Positions 25,323 to 36,587 of a stretch of DNA of 64,000 nucleotides are shown piece by piece. Origin of the DNA: Ruditapes philippinarum (taxonomy: Eukaryota); assembly GCF_026571515.1 (NCBI RefSeq), contig NW_026865029.1, positions 62,001 to 126,000 of the forward strand, given 5' to 3'. The notes below the pieces were generated by a model. The model was not told where the DNA came from. It did no database searches and was given only the letters and a program-made list of their open reading frames with translations. Each line of letters opens with the position of its first letter. The first letter of the stretch is position 1. Made by a program: the position numbers and the translations under genes.

Positions 25323-26801
25323 TTACCGTTTTCTTCCATATGACCTGAAATAATTGTCAAGGCAATTTTGACAAAGTCTGAAGTCTTTTCTCATGAATGG
25401 TACCATTAGATTTGCATATGCTCGAGCCCCTGTTTTATGGCCGTTGACAATATTCAGAACCAAATCATCGGGTCTGTCCTGTTCATTGATCTCTTCTAAG
25501 GATTCTAGCATTCTCTCTATTGACGATAAAAATTGTTCGCATGGAAATTTGTAATCTTTGCCATCAAGAATGTTGTGGTTTCTGATGAATATACTGGAGA
25601 TGTTTATTTTGAATTTCTCTCCCGGCATAAAAAATCTTAACAACCTGCTTGGTTCTATTTGTTCCACTCTTTTTACCTTGGTAATTTCGTACAGCAATGA
25701 TGCCAATATGACTTTAAAGCAAACTGCCAGATTTGCATTTTCTCGACAGTTAAAGTCATGCTTTATCACAAGCATTTTGAATGCATAAGACGGAAGATAA
25801 GAGTATCCTCCCCCACTGTTGAAAATGTATTTCAAAAGCTTGTAGCATTCTTTGTGATGATTGCTTAAGTTTCGAACAAGCTCGACCTCTGTCTCCGTAA
25901 ATGTTAAACGAAAACAAAAGCCCGCAACACATGATGTTGACTCATTACATGGAATAAGCATATATTTTCCATGTCTGATGAGCTTTTCCCACACTTGTGA
26001 ATGAAATGTTTCATTCTCTGCTATCACATTACCGTGTCGTGACATGTTCACTTCTATTGCTAAAGTCATATCTATATTAATCGTCATTTTTCTATTATGC
26101 TTTGATTCCCAAATAAATGTTGGCATAAATGCTGGGCCGTGATTAACAACATGCTTGTCTACAGTTAACGTACCCGAGTTTCTACTACATCTTAAATCTC
26201 CTGAATGTTTAATAACTTTTTCGACTTCTGACATAAATGCATTTGCCAGACTATCGTTATACGGATTTAAAAGACTCTGAGAACTTTCACTTTGTAATGG
26301 GTCTCTTCGCAGCCATTTTCTGCCTACTGATTTAAAATAGCCATATAATTCAGTAACCTTTCCAGTAAAATCATGGCTAAAAGATCCTTGCAAGTAGTCC
26401 CCGCGAAGAAAAGGTTTCCATAGAGACTGAAGGCGTTGATCAGTTACTTTCACATGTGCATATCCCTCTCTCCACTTACACACGCGTTCAACTTTGACCC
26501 CATTTTGGTGAGTTACAATAAGGAAATCAAACTCATCAGGGTTAACTATACTCGTTCTTTCTGCCATGCTTCCAACTTTAAGTATTCGGAGTTTGTCATA
26601 TGGACCTAACCAGTCTACATTGTTTGCAACTCTTTTAACGATATCATGTACAAGTGTCTCAGCAGCGAGAACAATGTCTTTTGTTTCATCCTGAGAAGAC
26701 CGAAAAGAAACACGGTTGCTCAATAAATCCCGAAAGAAATATGTAAGTTTACAGTTTTTCTCCTCTTCGACGGCGGATCGCTGAGGTTTTGAGCAAGCCA
26801 T
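25323..26801 (-). CDS. cGAS-like receptor (cGLR) / Mab21-family nucleotidyltransferase, subtype B intact copy, 492 aa
   Basis: VGSMAERTSIVNPDEFDFL, HGPA, INIDMTLAI, CFRLTFTETE, HKECYKLLKY, LPSYAFKML. Single uninterrupted ORF; acceptor tttgcag 80 nt upstream of ATG. Confidence 0.92.
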   Translation of the reverse strand: MACSKPQRSAVEEEKNCKLTYFFRDLLSNRVSFRSSQDETKDIVLAAETLVHDIVKRVANNVDWLGPYDKLRILKVGSMAERTSIVNPDEFDFLIVTHQNGVKVERVCKWREGYAHVKVTDQRLQSLWKPFLRGDYLQGSFSHDFTGKVTELYGYFKSVGRKWLRRDPLQSESSQSLLNPYNDSLANAFMSEVEKVIKHSGDLRCSRNSGTLTVDKHVVNHGPAFMPTFIWESKHNRKMTINIDMTLAIEVNMSRHGNVIAENETFHSQVWEKLIRHGKYMLIPCNESTSCVAGFCFRLTFTETEVELVRNLSNHHKECYKLLKYIFNSGGGYSYLPSYAFKMLVIKHDFNCRENANLAVCFKVILASLLYEITKVKRVEQIEPSRLLRFFMPGEKFKINISSIFIRNHNILDGKDYKFPCEQFLSSIERMLESLEEINEQDRPDDLVLNIVNGHKTGARAYANLMVPFMRKDFRLCQNCLDNYFRSYGRKR

Positions 26802-27154
26802 TTTGTTGTGGAGTGTCTACTCACTGTAAGGTTTCTTAACCGAAAACACAAGCTTTTTTTTACACAGTCTGGTTACCATCCCTGCAAATTATGGCAATAC
26901 TATCATGAAAATATATGAATGTAACTAAAAATGCGAGAAAAGAGAGCACACCTTGCAAAATGGCGAATGGCGCTCAATATTTAAGACAGATTTTTAGTCC
27001 AATATTTTGTCAACAAATTTATTCCTCATCAGGAATATTTTTTCGTATTTTACAATAATATTTTAAGATAATATAGAAATAATAAGTAAAAATAATAACG
27101 TTCAAACCTTACTTTTTACGCCCCTAATTTTGTCAAAACATATAAAATAATATA

Positions 27155-28382
27155 ACAAAAGGGCCATGATGGCCTTGAGGTCGCTCACCTGTATATAGGC
27201 CCCCGGAGCGGGGCCAGTTTAAACCCCAGGGCTGTTATTTGAACAAACTTGGAAGACACCCATTAGAAGATGTTTCATGATGTTAAGTTTTTACTACACA
27301 CATATAATGAAAAAGAATGACCTCTGCCCCCACCCCCGGCAGTACCAATTTTAACACAAGGGCTTTTATTTGAACAAACTTCTTAGACACCCACAAAAAG
27401 ATGTTTCATGCTAAACATCTAACCTCTAGCTCATTGGATTTTTTAAAAGAAGATTTTTAAGTTTTTGCTATACACATATAAGGAAAATCAATGACCTCCG
27501 GGGCAGGGCCAATTCTGACCCCAGGACTTTTATTTGAACAAACTTTGTAGACACTCACTGGAAGATGTTTCATGCTTAATATCTAAACTCTAGCTATTTG
27601 GATTTTTTCAAAAAAGATTTTTTAAGTTTTTGTTATACACACATAAGGAAAATCAATGACCATCAGGGCGGGGCCAATTTTGACCCCAGGGCTTTTATTT
27701 GAACAAACTTTGTAGACACCCATTAGAACATGTTTCATGCTAAATATCTTAGCTCTAGCTCTTTGGGTTCTTTCAAAGAAGATTTTTTAAGTTTTTACTA
27801 TATGCATATAGGGAAAATCAATGACCCCCTGGGGCGGGGCCAATTTTGACCCCAGGGCTTTTATTTGAACGAACTTGGTAAACACTCACTAAAAGATGTT
27901 TCATGCCAAATATCTAAGCTCTAGCTCTTTGGGTTTTTTAAAAGAAGATATTTAAATTTTTTCTTTCGGTTGCCATGGCAACCAGAGTTCTGCATGGAAT
28001 TAAATTCTTTGAATAATTTTTAAAGGTGACCACCAAAGGAACATTCCTGTGAAGTTTGGATGAAATTGGCTTAGTGGTTAATGAGGAGATGTCATTTAAA
28101 GTAAAAGTTTACGGACGGACGGACGTACCAATTTTTCAGGTTTATGAGCTATTTCTATTGTTCTTTTCTTTTGTTTCCTTGTGGGCTAACTATTGTTTCC
28201 TTATGAGCTAACTATTATTTACGGAATGAAATCCTTTGTTCTCTTTTGTCCCAGTGTACTGTTAGTTAGCTCATATACCTAACATGTTTGTGCGGACGGA
28301 CGGACGACGGACGGACGGACGGACGCCGGACGAAAAGCGATCACAAAAGCTCACCCTGTCACTTTGTGACAGGTGAACTAAA
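27155..28382 (-). mobile_element. Non-autonomous Helentron carrying ~4.5 copies of a 166-bp oyster Cg170/HindIII-like satellite
   Basis: gggcggggcc at 27666 and 27832 gives a 166-bp period. (GACG)n microsatellite; gctcacc subterminal repeats; terminal hairpin cctgtcac-ttt-gtgacagg. Empty site in the paralogous block near 54960. Small nested insertion at ~28125-28290. Confidence 0.85.
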
Positions 28383-30574
28383 AACATTGTAAATTTTCTT
28401 AACTTATTAACATAAAATCGTTTACCTGACACTTCATTGTAATGACAACAAAATCATAGCAATAAAAACCAACATGATGATCAGTAACATTTAGTTGTTC
28501 TAATTTTTATAACATTTGTCAATTTTAATTATTCTTTTCTTGACAAAGTTTAACGTCTTTGTTCCTATTTATAGTACATAAAATACATAGCTCATGTTTG
28601 TACAATAAAATATCTCTGTTATCTTGAGTGCCTATTGAATATTTACTTTTCCATGATTTATAACGGACTTGACGTACTTGCTTTATATATTTATGCTTGT
28701 CACAAATGGTTTAATGCCACATCTTATCTATGTGTATTCCACCTAAAGAAAGTTTCAAGAGCTTAATTTGACGAATCGTTACAGTACCAATTTAGATTAC
28801 AGAACAGGCTCAATCAAACCGAGCCTGGAACATTTTCAATTTTGCCGTGTTGAGCTTTCTTTAGGGATTCTTATTTTCCCTATTTGATATCATTTTATTT
28901 GTTTAAGATGTGTGTGTTTTTTTAAATTATACAGCTTTATTCTTGAATAAATGAATATGTAAATAAGTTAATTGTGAAAATATAATATATATAAGCGAAA
29001 CATTTTGATAAATAAATCTAATAATAAATTAGTACAATGCAATTTTTGTATTTCTTTTAATTCAGTTTATGAAATAAGAATATATACAACCTAGCCATGT
29101 ATTTTTTACCTTTTTTAAAAAATATTTGTATTCCAACTATTTGAAAAAAAAATATATCCCCGTAATCTTTCCTGTAGCCCAATGTCTACATTATTAAAGA
29201 GATATGTACAAACTAATTCTTTTAAAGTATTTAAACAAAATAATTGTACCACTAAATAACTATCAGAAAACGTTTCGCGGTTCATCATGCTCTATAGGAA
29301 TGATTAAAATTTAAGGATCCTTAAAATCGAGAATACACGTTAAAACTATTCAATTTATAATTTGATTTTATTAGATTTTTTTCAAAATGTTCAAATAAAA
29401 GACTTCGCTAATGGTTTTGTTTTCTAAATGTGATACATTACTTGCTAGCAATGTTAAAAGAAGATATTGAAAATTGTTATGTGTACTTAACGTTATATTG
29501 TTCATATCCTAGAACTTATTATCTATTCTTATATTTGACAAGTTTTAAATATTTATCTTGTTATTATTTAAAGTAATACTTATAAATATTGATATATTGG
29601 TTAACATAATAAGAAAAAATAATAAAAGAGTACCAGAATTAATAAAATAGTTCCGCACTTTTTAAGTATTGTTCATTTATCGATCACCTGTCCGTATGAT
29701 TGAGACAAACTTAAAAAGTTTGGCTTGAGATCAAATCTTGATAAGGAAGTAAAGTATATTCAGATTTACGGGAAAAGAGATAAGGTGACATGAAAATTAA
29801 GTTATCATATATGCTGATAATAATAAAAGTTGCAATGTCATTGTGCGATTATGTGAATTTATTACAGTGTTTCAGCTCAATCGACAATTGACATTATTTA
29901 TTTCATTGATAGCAGAAGTTTACTGCATGAACAATGCAAATTTATAAGCTATACATGTATTATTAATACTTTTGTTTTAACATTTAAACAAGTGGTTGAA
30001 ATTTATATATTATTTGATAGTCACAATGTAAAGACTACTCACTGGAAAACTAATTTAAGATATATTTTAAATCAGGAATGTTATGTGAAATAAATTAAAC
30101 GTGATAAAGCGGCTTTAGCTTTTCTAAATGTTAAATATGTTATTCTTTTAGATAAATCGTTTCATATAATTGTCAAGTCAAAAGAATAAAGGTAGAAAAT
30201 GAAATTTGAAGTGATTAACACACACAAACAATAAGGAAACTCCTCGATACCTCAAATCTACCCGTCCGCTCTCTAAATGTGAATTAGTAAAGCCACGATC
30301 TTCTATTTTTAGAAACGAACTCTAAATTAATAGCTCTCAGGTTGAATGCTTAACAGTGATATGATGCAACTTTTCCGAGATATAATTTCTTAAATTTGAA
30401 ACAACACAGAATGACAAAAAAGCTGAAGGCCGCTTAATTTTAAATCGAGTGCATAAAAATACCAAACATGTATAAAATATTGTCAATATTCTTAAAAACA
30501 CAAGAAAGTTAATTTCATGAACAATATAAAATTATTCAATATTAATAATATTTTTTTAACAATGTTTCTTAACA

Positions 30575-31528
30575 ATGTTCGTGACGTTAACAGCCTAACA
30601 GCCTAGCAACCCAACTTAGAATAGTTCAAACATTAAAACCGTTGGAAATGCATTAGTAGCACTTCCTTAGATGACTTTTTAAATACCGTGATCTTTATTT
30701 TTTAAGATATTGAATTTTCTGACGCTTTGAAATTGTGAAGTTAGCAGCCTGTCAGCTATAAGAAAACTATGGATACTTTAATTATTATATCCGTCGGAAA
30801 TGAATCAGAAGCACTTTGTTAGACCATTCTACGCATTTTGTCAGTATCGTGATCTTTATTATTTAAGACGTTATAGTTTTTTTTTCATTCTGACGCATCT
30901 TCGAAATTTGTGTAGTTTACAGCCTAGCAGCCTGAAGAAAATTAAGGGTATTTAAAACATTTTATCCGTCGGAAATGAATTGGTAGCACCACCTAAGATC
31001 ATTCCGTGCCTTTTTTCAATTTCGCGATCTTTATTTTATAAGATCTTGCACTTTAAAGTTTTCATTCTGACACACTTCGAAATTTGTGAAGTTAGCAGGC
31101 TAGCAACCTTGCCAAGAATAATCCAATTAACTAGATTTAAATTATTATATATCAATTTTCAGTTATAGCGTACTTTTTTAATCTTAAAAGTTCAGCATTT
31201 ATAAAAAGGATCACGACATTGAATAAAGGCATGGAATGACCTAAGGAAATGCTGCCGCTGCATTTCCGACCGTTTTAATGTTTGTAATATCCTGAATTTT
31301 CTTAAAGCTGCCAGGCTGTTAGGCTGCTAACTTAACATATTTCGGAGCTTCAGAATACAAAAAAGTTCAGCAGTTTAAGAAATAAAGATCACGATATTGA
31401 AAACTTGCGTGGAATGATTTGAGGATGTTCTACAGATGCATTTCCGACCGCTTTCATGTTTGTAATATTCTTAGTTTTCTTTAAGTTGTTTGGCAGCTAG
31501 GCTGCTAGGCTGTAAACTTCACGAACAT
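30575..31528. mobile_element. Foldback element with ~170-bp subrepeats in opposed orientation
   Basis: TIR atgttcgtgaMgttWacagcctaRcagcctag at both ends; forward subunits at ~30580, 30735, 30910, 31085 and two reverse subunits at ~31170-31525. Confidence 0.8.
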
Positions 31529-31739
31529 ATTATTCTATATCAATTGTTAAAATCCAGTCCCTAAAAATAAGAAAAAAAACTTATACTACTTTTCAATCAA
31601 ATATATAGCAAAATTGGACGCTGTAATTATCCTATATTGGTCAGTTAAGTGCGTTTGGTCTTTTCCATGTAACGTCTATGATAAAAGTCGTTAACGACAA
31701 AAGGACCTGAATGAATTCTACTGGAGCGATGCAATATCG

Positions 31740-32410
31740 AACAATAACAATATCAAATATGATAAACAAGATCACCAAGGAAAGGCGGCGTTCAACGAAC
31801 GCAGCAGTCGTATTTCCATAATATTAAACAGGTACAATATGGGAATATTGCTGGACTCATACACAATACTTTTGATAAAGCAAGCATGCATATTTACATG
31901 CAAATCAGTCGACCAGTTGTCTATATATAATCCCATTATATATATCAGAAAAATGATGGAATCTGAAATTAAATAAGAGTTTCTTAATTAAATGTCAACA
32001 AATAAAGAAATAGACAATACTGATATCTTGCTAAATTGAAAGAATTTATATTTGTGTTAATAGATTGATGAATTTGTAAGTAAAGTGTAATCTGTGTATC
32101 TTTTAATACTTTTATTTGACCATTTTATTTTATTTATTACTTTTACTTTTTATTTTATTTCTTTATTTCTTTATTTATTATTTTTTCTTATTTCATATAT
32201 ATTTTCCATGTTTTTTATTTACGACAATGCTATAGCATATTACATTAGTTACAATAAAACTCAATTGAGAAATTCAAACAATGTCTTCAACCTCTAGTGC
32301 ACTATCAGTCGCGCTTGCGGTGGCGAGTTCGTCTACGGTGACAAGCGAGGACCTCAAAAGGTGATTACCAAGAAGAAATGAATGGTGAAATTTTCACCAA
32401 GTGGCTTAAT
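31740..32410 (+). mobile_element. Decayed Tc1/IS630-like transposase fragments
   Basis: ~32351-32409 translates GDYQEEMNGEIFTKWLNQKL (DYH-x-EMN...F..W motif of DDE_3-type transposases); ~31750-31805 ISNMINKITKERRR resembles an N-terminal HTH. Confidence 0.45.
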
Positions 32411-35400
32411 CAAAAGCTAACCCCATGTCGTATGTAGGTGCAATTTACATACATGACACAAACACGAAGTACCCGTGCATTGAAATAAAAAAGAAATTAT
32501 TTTAAAGAAATGGAACTGCTGGGGTTTAAACCCGTATCGGTATGATAACACTGCACTACAACGTCTTACTGCTAATACCATTTTCAATAAGTAGCTTTAT
32601 ACTATCCAAACACACACAACAAAACTTATCTGAAGTGCACTGATCTATGTTATATTAACAACGGTTCCGTCACCAGTACAGTCAAACAAACAAGCGAAGA
32701 CACAACAAATAAGCAAATACTCGTACAAACCAGACACAGTATTTCACGGAGAACGCAATATACCAGTGACCAATAGGACAAGATACACAGGTTACACAAG
32801 TAAGTGTGCGTTTTACCGTAGTTTTACCTGATTTATTTTCAAGGATCTAACACTGCAACACTAACACCCGATTCCGAGAATAACAAAACTGATGTCCCAC
32901 TTAAGACAAAAGTTCAGAGTTTGATAGGTAATCAGTTTACTTAGCTGTTAAAAGGAATTACAGGTCAGCCATGTTTATTATGTTTAATTATCTGTTTTTA
33001 ATAAAATTTTATAAGTATCGTTATTAATTCGGCTGGGATTGATTTTGTTGAATATGCATCTTATGTGTTGCTATTAAAATATACATTAATTATGTGTTCT
33101 TATTTCTGTCTTAGAAAATAAATATCAGAGATTCATGAGACAAGATGTTTATTTGGCAATCATTGATGGTAAAAGTTTGAAGAATGAATTTCAAACTTTT
33201 AATTATAATTATACTGTAGAATTGCAGAACTGACCTGAACTTATACATGTATAAGAAGATCTCATGCTTTAAAATGTGTGCATCAAAAATTAGAGTTTAC
33301 TCCATATATGTACACATTGCAGATAGCCTGCTAAACTCAGGGGTATATTCGCAAGGAATAAGATAGATAAAGGAACACATGGGGTGGCATTGAAGATATG
33401 TACAATATCGTGTCTTGCAGACATTATGGGCATCATGTAGCATGTACCTCCAAATCATAAAGATGACCACAAGATGACCACAAGATGACCGTAAGACTGT
33501 TTACTATTTAAAACTGAATCTCTGAAGTATAATATTCTAAAAATATATACAACATCGTTTCATTGCCTCATTTAGAGTCAAATACTAAAAAGGAGCAGGG
33601 TAGTAAATATACGATACATACTAAAATCAGATACAATGTATATGACTGTATCCAAAACAACAAATGTGACAATAACAATTTATTACACGCCCGTTTAACT
33701 CACAACGAGTGAAAAATGTCCATCGGTAAAAATGTTGTGAGCAACTTCCGTTCCTCGTTGTGAGCACCCATCTTTGACGTGTGACACGATAAACAAGGTG
33801 AGTTTTTCATAATTTTTGAAGATTACAGACATTTATGTAAAAATATCGAAATGCAGTTAGCTAGCGATGTGTTTTCCGAGTATGCACATGTCAAGATATT
33901 ACATTATGGACAATTTGATGGAAATACCGTGCGACGCGGTCACTCGGGGTAGCTGGAAAACTGGAGACAACTTCTCTTTGGACCTAATTTAACATTGAAA
34001 ACGTCGATTCTGGTGACGTTTTGTGCATTCTAACCTAAAACAGATTCCCACAAGTCTTCAGCGTAAATTATTATCTGAAAGTCTTCATAGAAACGAAGAT
34101 ATACCCTTTTTTGCTTTAATCCTCGTTGTGAGCACCATAACCTCGTTGTGAGCAAGACAAGCGCAGTGCGTGTATGGTTTTAATATGTAATTCAGATGGT
34201 GAAAATATAATTTTCAATCTACCACAGCAATTAAAACGTTTTTGCACAGCAGCATTTCTTTGCAAGACGTTGTGCATACCCCAAAGGGAGGCATATTAGT
34301 TTTGAACTGTCCGTCTGTCAGTCCGTCAATCTGTCCGAAAACTTTAACATTGGCCATAACTTCCTTATTAGTAAACGGATTTGATTCATATTTGAACACA
34401 ACATCCCTTAGCACCTTCCTACGGACCTGTATTTTTTACCTTGACCCCTGAATGGCCTTTACCTTGAAGGTCAAATTGTCCAAAAACATTTAAGATTGGC
34501 CATAATGTCCTGGCATAATGTTTAGGCACAACACATCTTTGGACAAGGCCTTTCAACTATCCTATATTCTTTTGACCTTGACCCCTGAATGACCTTCACC
34601 TTGAAGGTCAAATTGTCCAAAAACTTAAAAATTGGTCATAACTTCCTTATTAGTATACGGACTCTACTCATATTTTGAAACAACTCCCCTTCACCGTAGG
34701 GAACGTGTTACAGTATCGCGTTTTTCGGTTACAGTATAGAATTTTCAAGATGGAGGATTATTTGTTGGGAGGACAGGTAGGTGATTTTTATTCCGGTCCA
34801 TACTACAAGTAGTTTAGTTTCTAAAATATGTTTTTGTGCTTTGCTTGTAAGGAACAGAATTCGGTTTCTAGTCATATATTTCTTTAGACCCTGCACCGCA
34901 GATTTATCGCTTTATTGTCTCAATAATATGCAGATTTGACAGTTTGAAAATTTGAATCGAGAGACTAACGCATTTTTCTGCAATTTCGACATTATTTATG
35001 CATGCCTAGAAAAAGTAAATCTGCAAAACGTTAGTCCTTTATGTTTAGAAACGTTTATAAAAGTAAATGACCAGTTGAACCTATTTTCCTGTTCGTTAAA
35101 TGCGTTTGAAAAAATAAACAATGTTACAGTATAGAGCGAGGTAATTTGTGCAAGGTTACAGCATAGACCTAGCGATTTGTATCCGATTTTGTTACAGTTT
35201 ATACCCAGATTTCGGTTACAGTTTAGACTTCGATATTTTCTATATATACTAGGTAAAATGTATGAATGTTACATAGACTTTTAAATCTCTGTGAGCTTAT
35301 TGGCCCGATGGCTATTCGTCCGTCTGTCGTACATATGTGTGTGCAATCTCATCCGCTCAGTAACTACTTGACTAAATGTGATGAAATTTACATGACTTTC

Positions 35401-35734
35401 TACCAATTAAGTTGTTCAAATGGTTTCGGTTGCAATCGGGGATACGAAAACCCAAAACATAGATTTTGAAAAAAGGCAATGTTTAAAGACCCTTCTCATC
35501 TCGAACCAAAAGCATTCAAATCAAATCATGATCATGGCGTCATTTCGAATGCTTCTTTGTTGAAGTTACGATTATTTTGTCATTATTAAATTAAAAGTCG
35601 TTTTTCTTTATTTCAGACATCCTGTATAGCAGTTTTCAATTTTCTGAAAAAGAAAATAATATTGAAAGTTAAAGAGTATAAATTAAGGTCAGACAATTAC
35701 AATATTTTCTCTAGTGAGTCTGATGGAGGTACAT

Positions 35735-36000
35735 AATAGTGGCAGAGTCGGGATAAGGCCGTCGACTTCAAATCATCTTTCATTTACTGCTGTAGTTGAA
35801 ATCCAATCATGACTTTGGATTCTTTGTATGTGAGGAATCTATCAAGCTAATTTACGGAAGGTCGGTGGTTCTAGTCAGGTGCCTGCTCGTGTCTTTAATG
35901 TTTCACAAAGGGTATCTGGGGTCTTTCTTTACACTAAAGCAGGAATGTTTTCACATGACTTCAGTGTCGTTGAAACTTAAAATCCAAGAGAGCCAAACGT
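35735..36000 (+). mobile_element. tRNA-derived SINE (Deu/Nin-domain-like), degenerate
   Basis: tRNA-like head (gtggcagagt...gttgaaatcc) followed by tgtgaggaatctatcaagctaatttacggaaggtcggtggttcta core, recalled from bivalve SINEs. Confidence 0.55.
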
Positions 36001-36007
36001 AACAAAA

Positions 36008-36587
36008 TAGAGTTAAACATAATCCCTAAAGAAATTCCAACACAACAAAATTGAAAATATTCATAAACCCTTTTAAACACTTACAAAATACATTATGGTA
36101 GATGGAAATTTTAACTTAAAATAAAATTTAAGGTTGCAGTATTGCTCACTTAAATACTGTTTAATCATTCTAAGGGTACTGCCTGTCTGTTAATTGTGTC
36201 TTTTGACAGCTTATCTATGGTATGCAGGCTTCATGACCTCCGATTCCCTCTCAAAATTTAATTTTGTTTAGTTTCACTCATTGTTTTCTCGCTTAGGGCA
36301 CTCGCAATTTTTAACCTGGGGGTAATATGCCGCTTTTCATAGAATGGCAATAACGTGTAACATTGAAGGTTCCATGATAACCGCCATATGAACACATCCA
36401 CAGATGTTAAAAAATCTGAAGTGTACCAGTTCATGTGTAATGTGAATTCTGCTGAAGCCGGTGCTAGGAGACGTGGACGGTAGCTTGCAGTTACCACTAC
36501 CGTCCATGAACAGGTTTAATCAAGCTGAGCCTGCAACATATTCATGTTTTCCGTGTTGGACTTCTGTTAAGGATTATTTTTTCTCTA
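36008..36587. mobile_element. TAG...CTA-ended MITE (Academ-like ends)
   Basis: tagag...aatccctaaagaaattccaacac / gtgttggacttctgttaaggatt...ctcta; same family as 21867-22250. Confidence 0.6.

Noticed and set aside
21867-28882. Inverted ~68-bp TIR pair (21879 and 28802-28870) bracketing the intact B gene, suggesting a gene-capturing composite transposon
   Set aside because: No TSD. The right TIR fragment is absent from the duplicated block near 55715, and duplication homology continues ~1.5 kb beyond it, so it is a later independent insertion rather than a mobilisation boundary.
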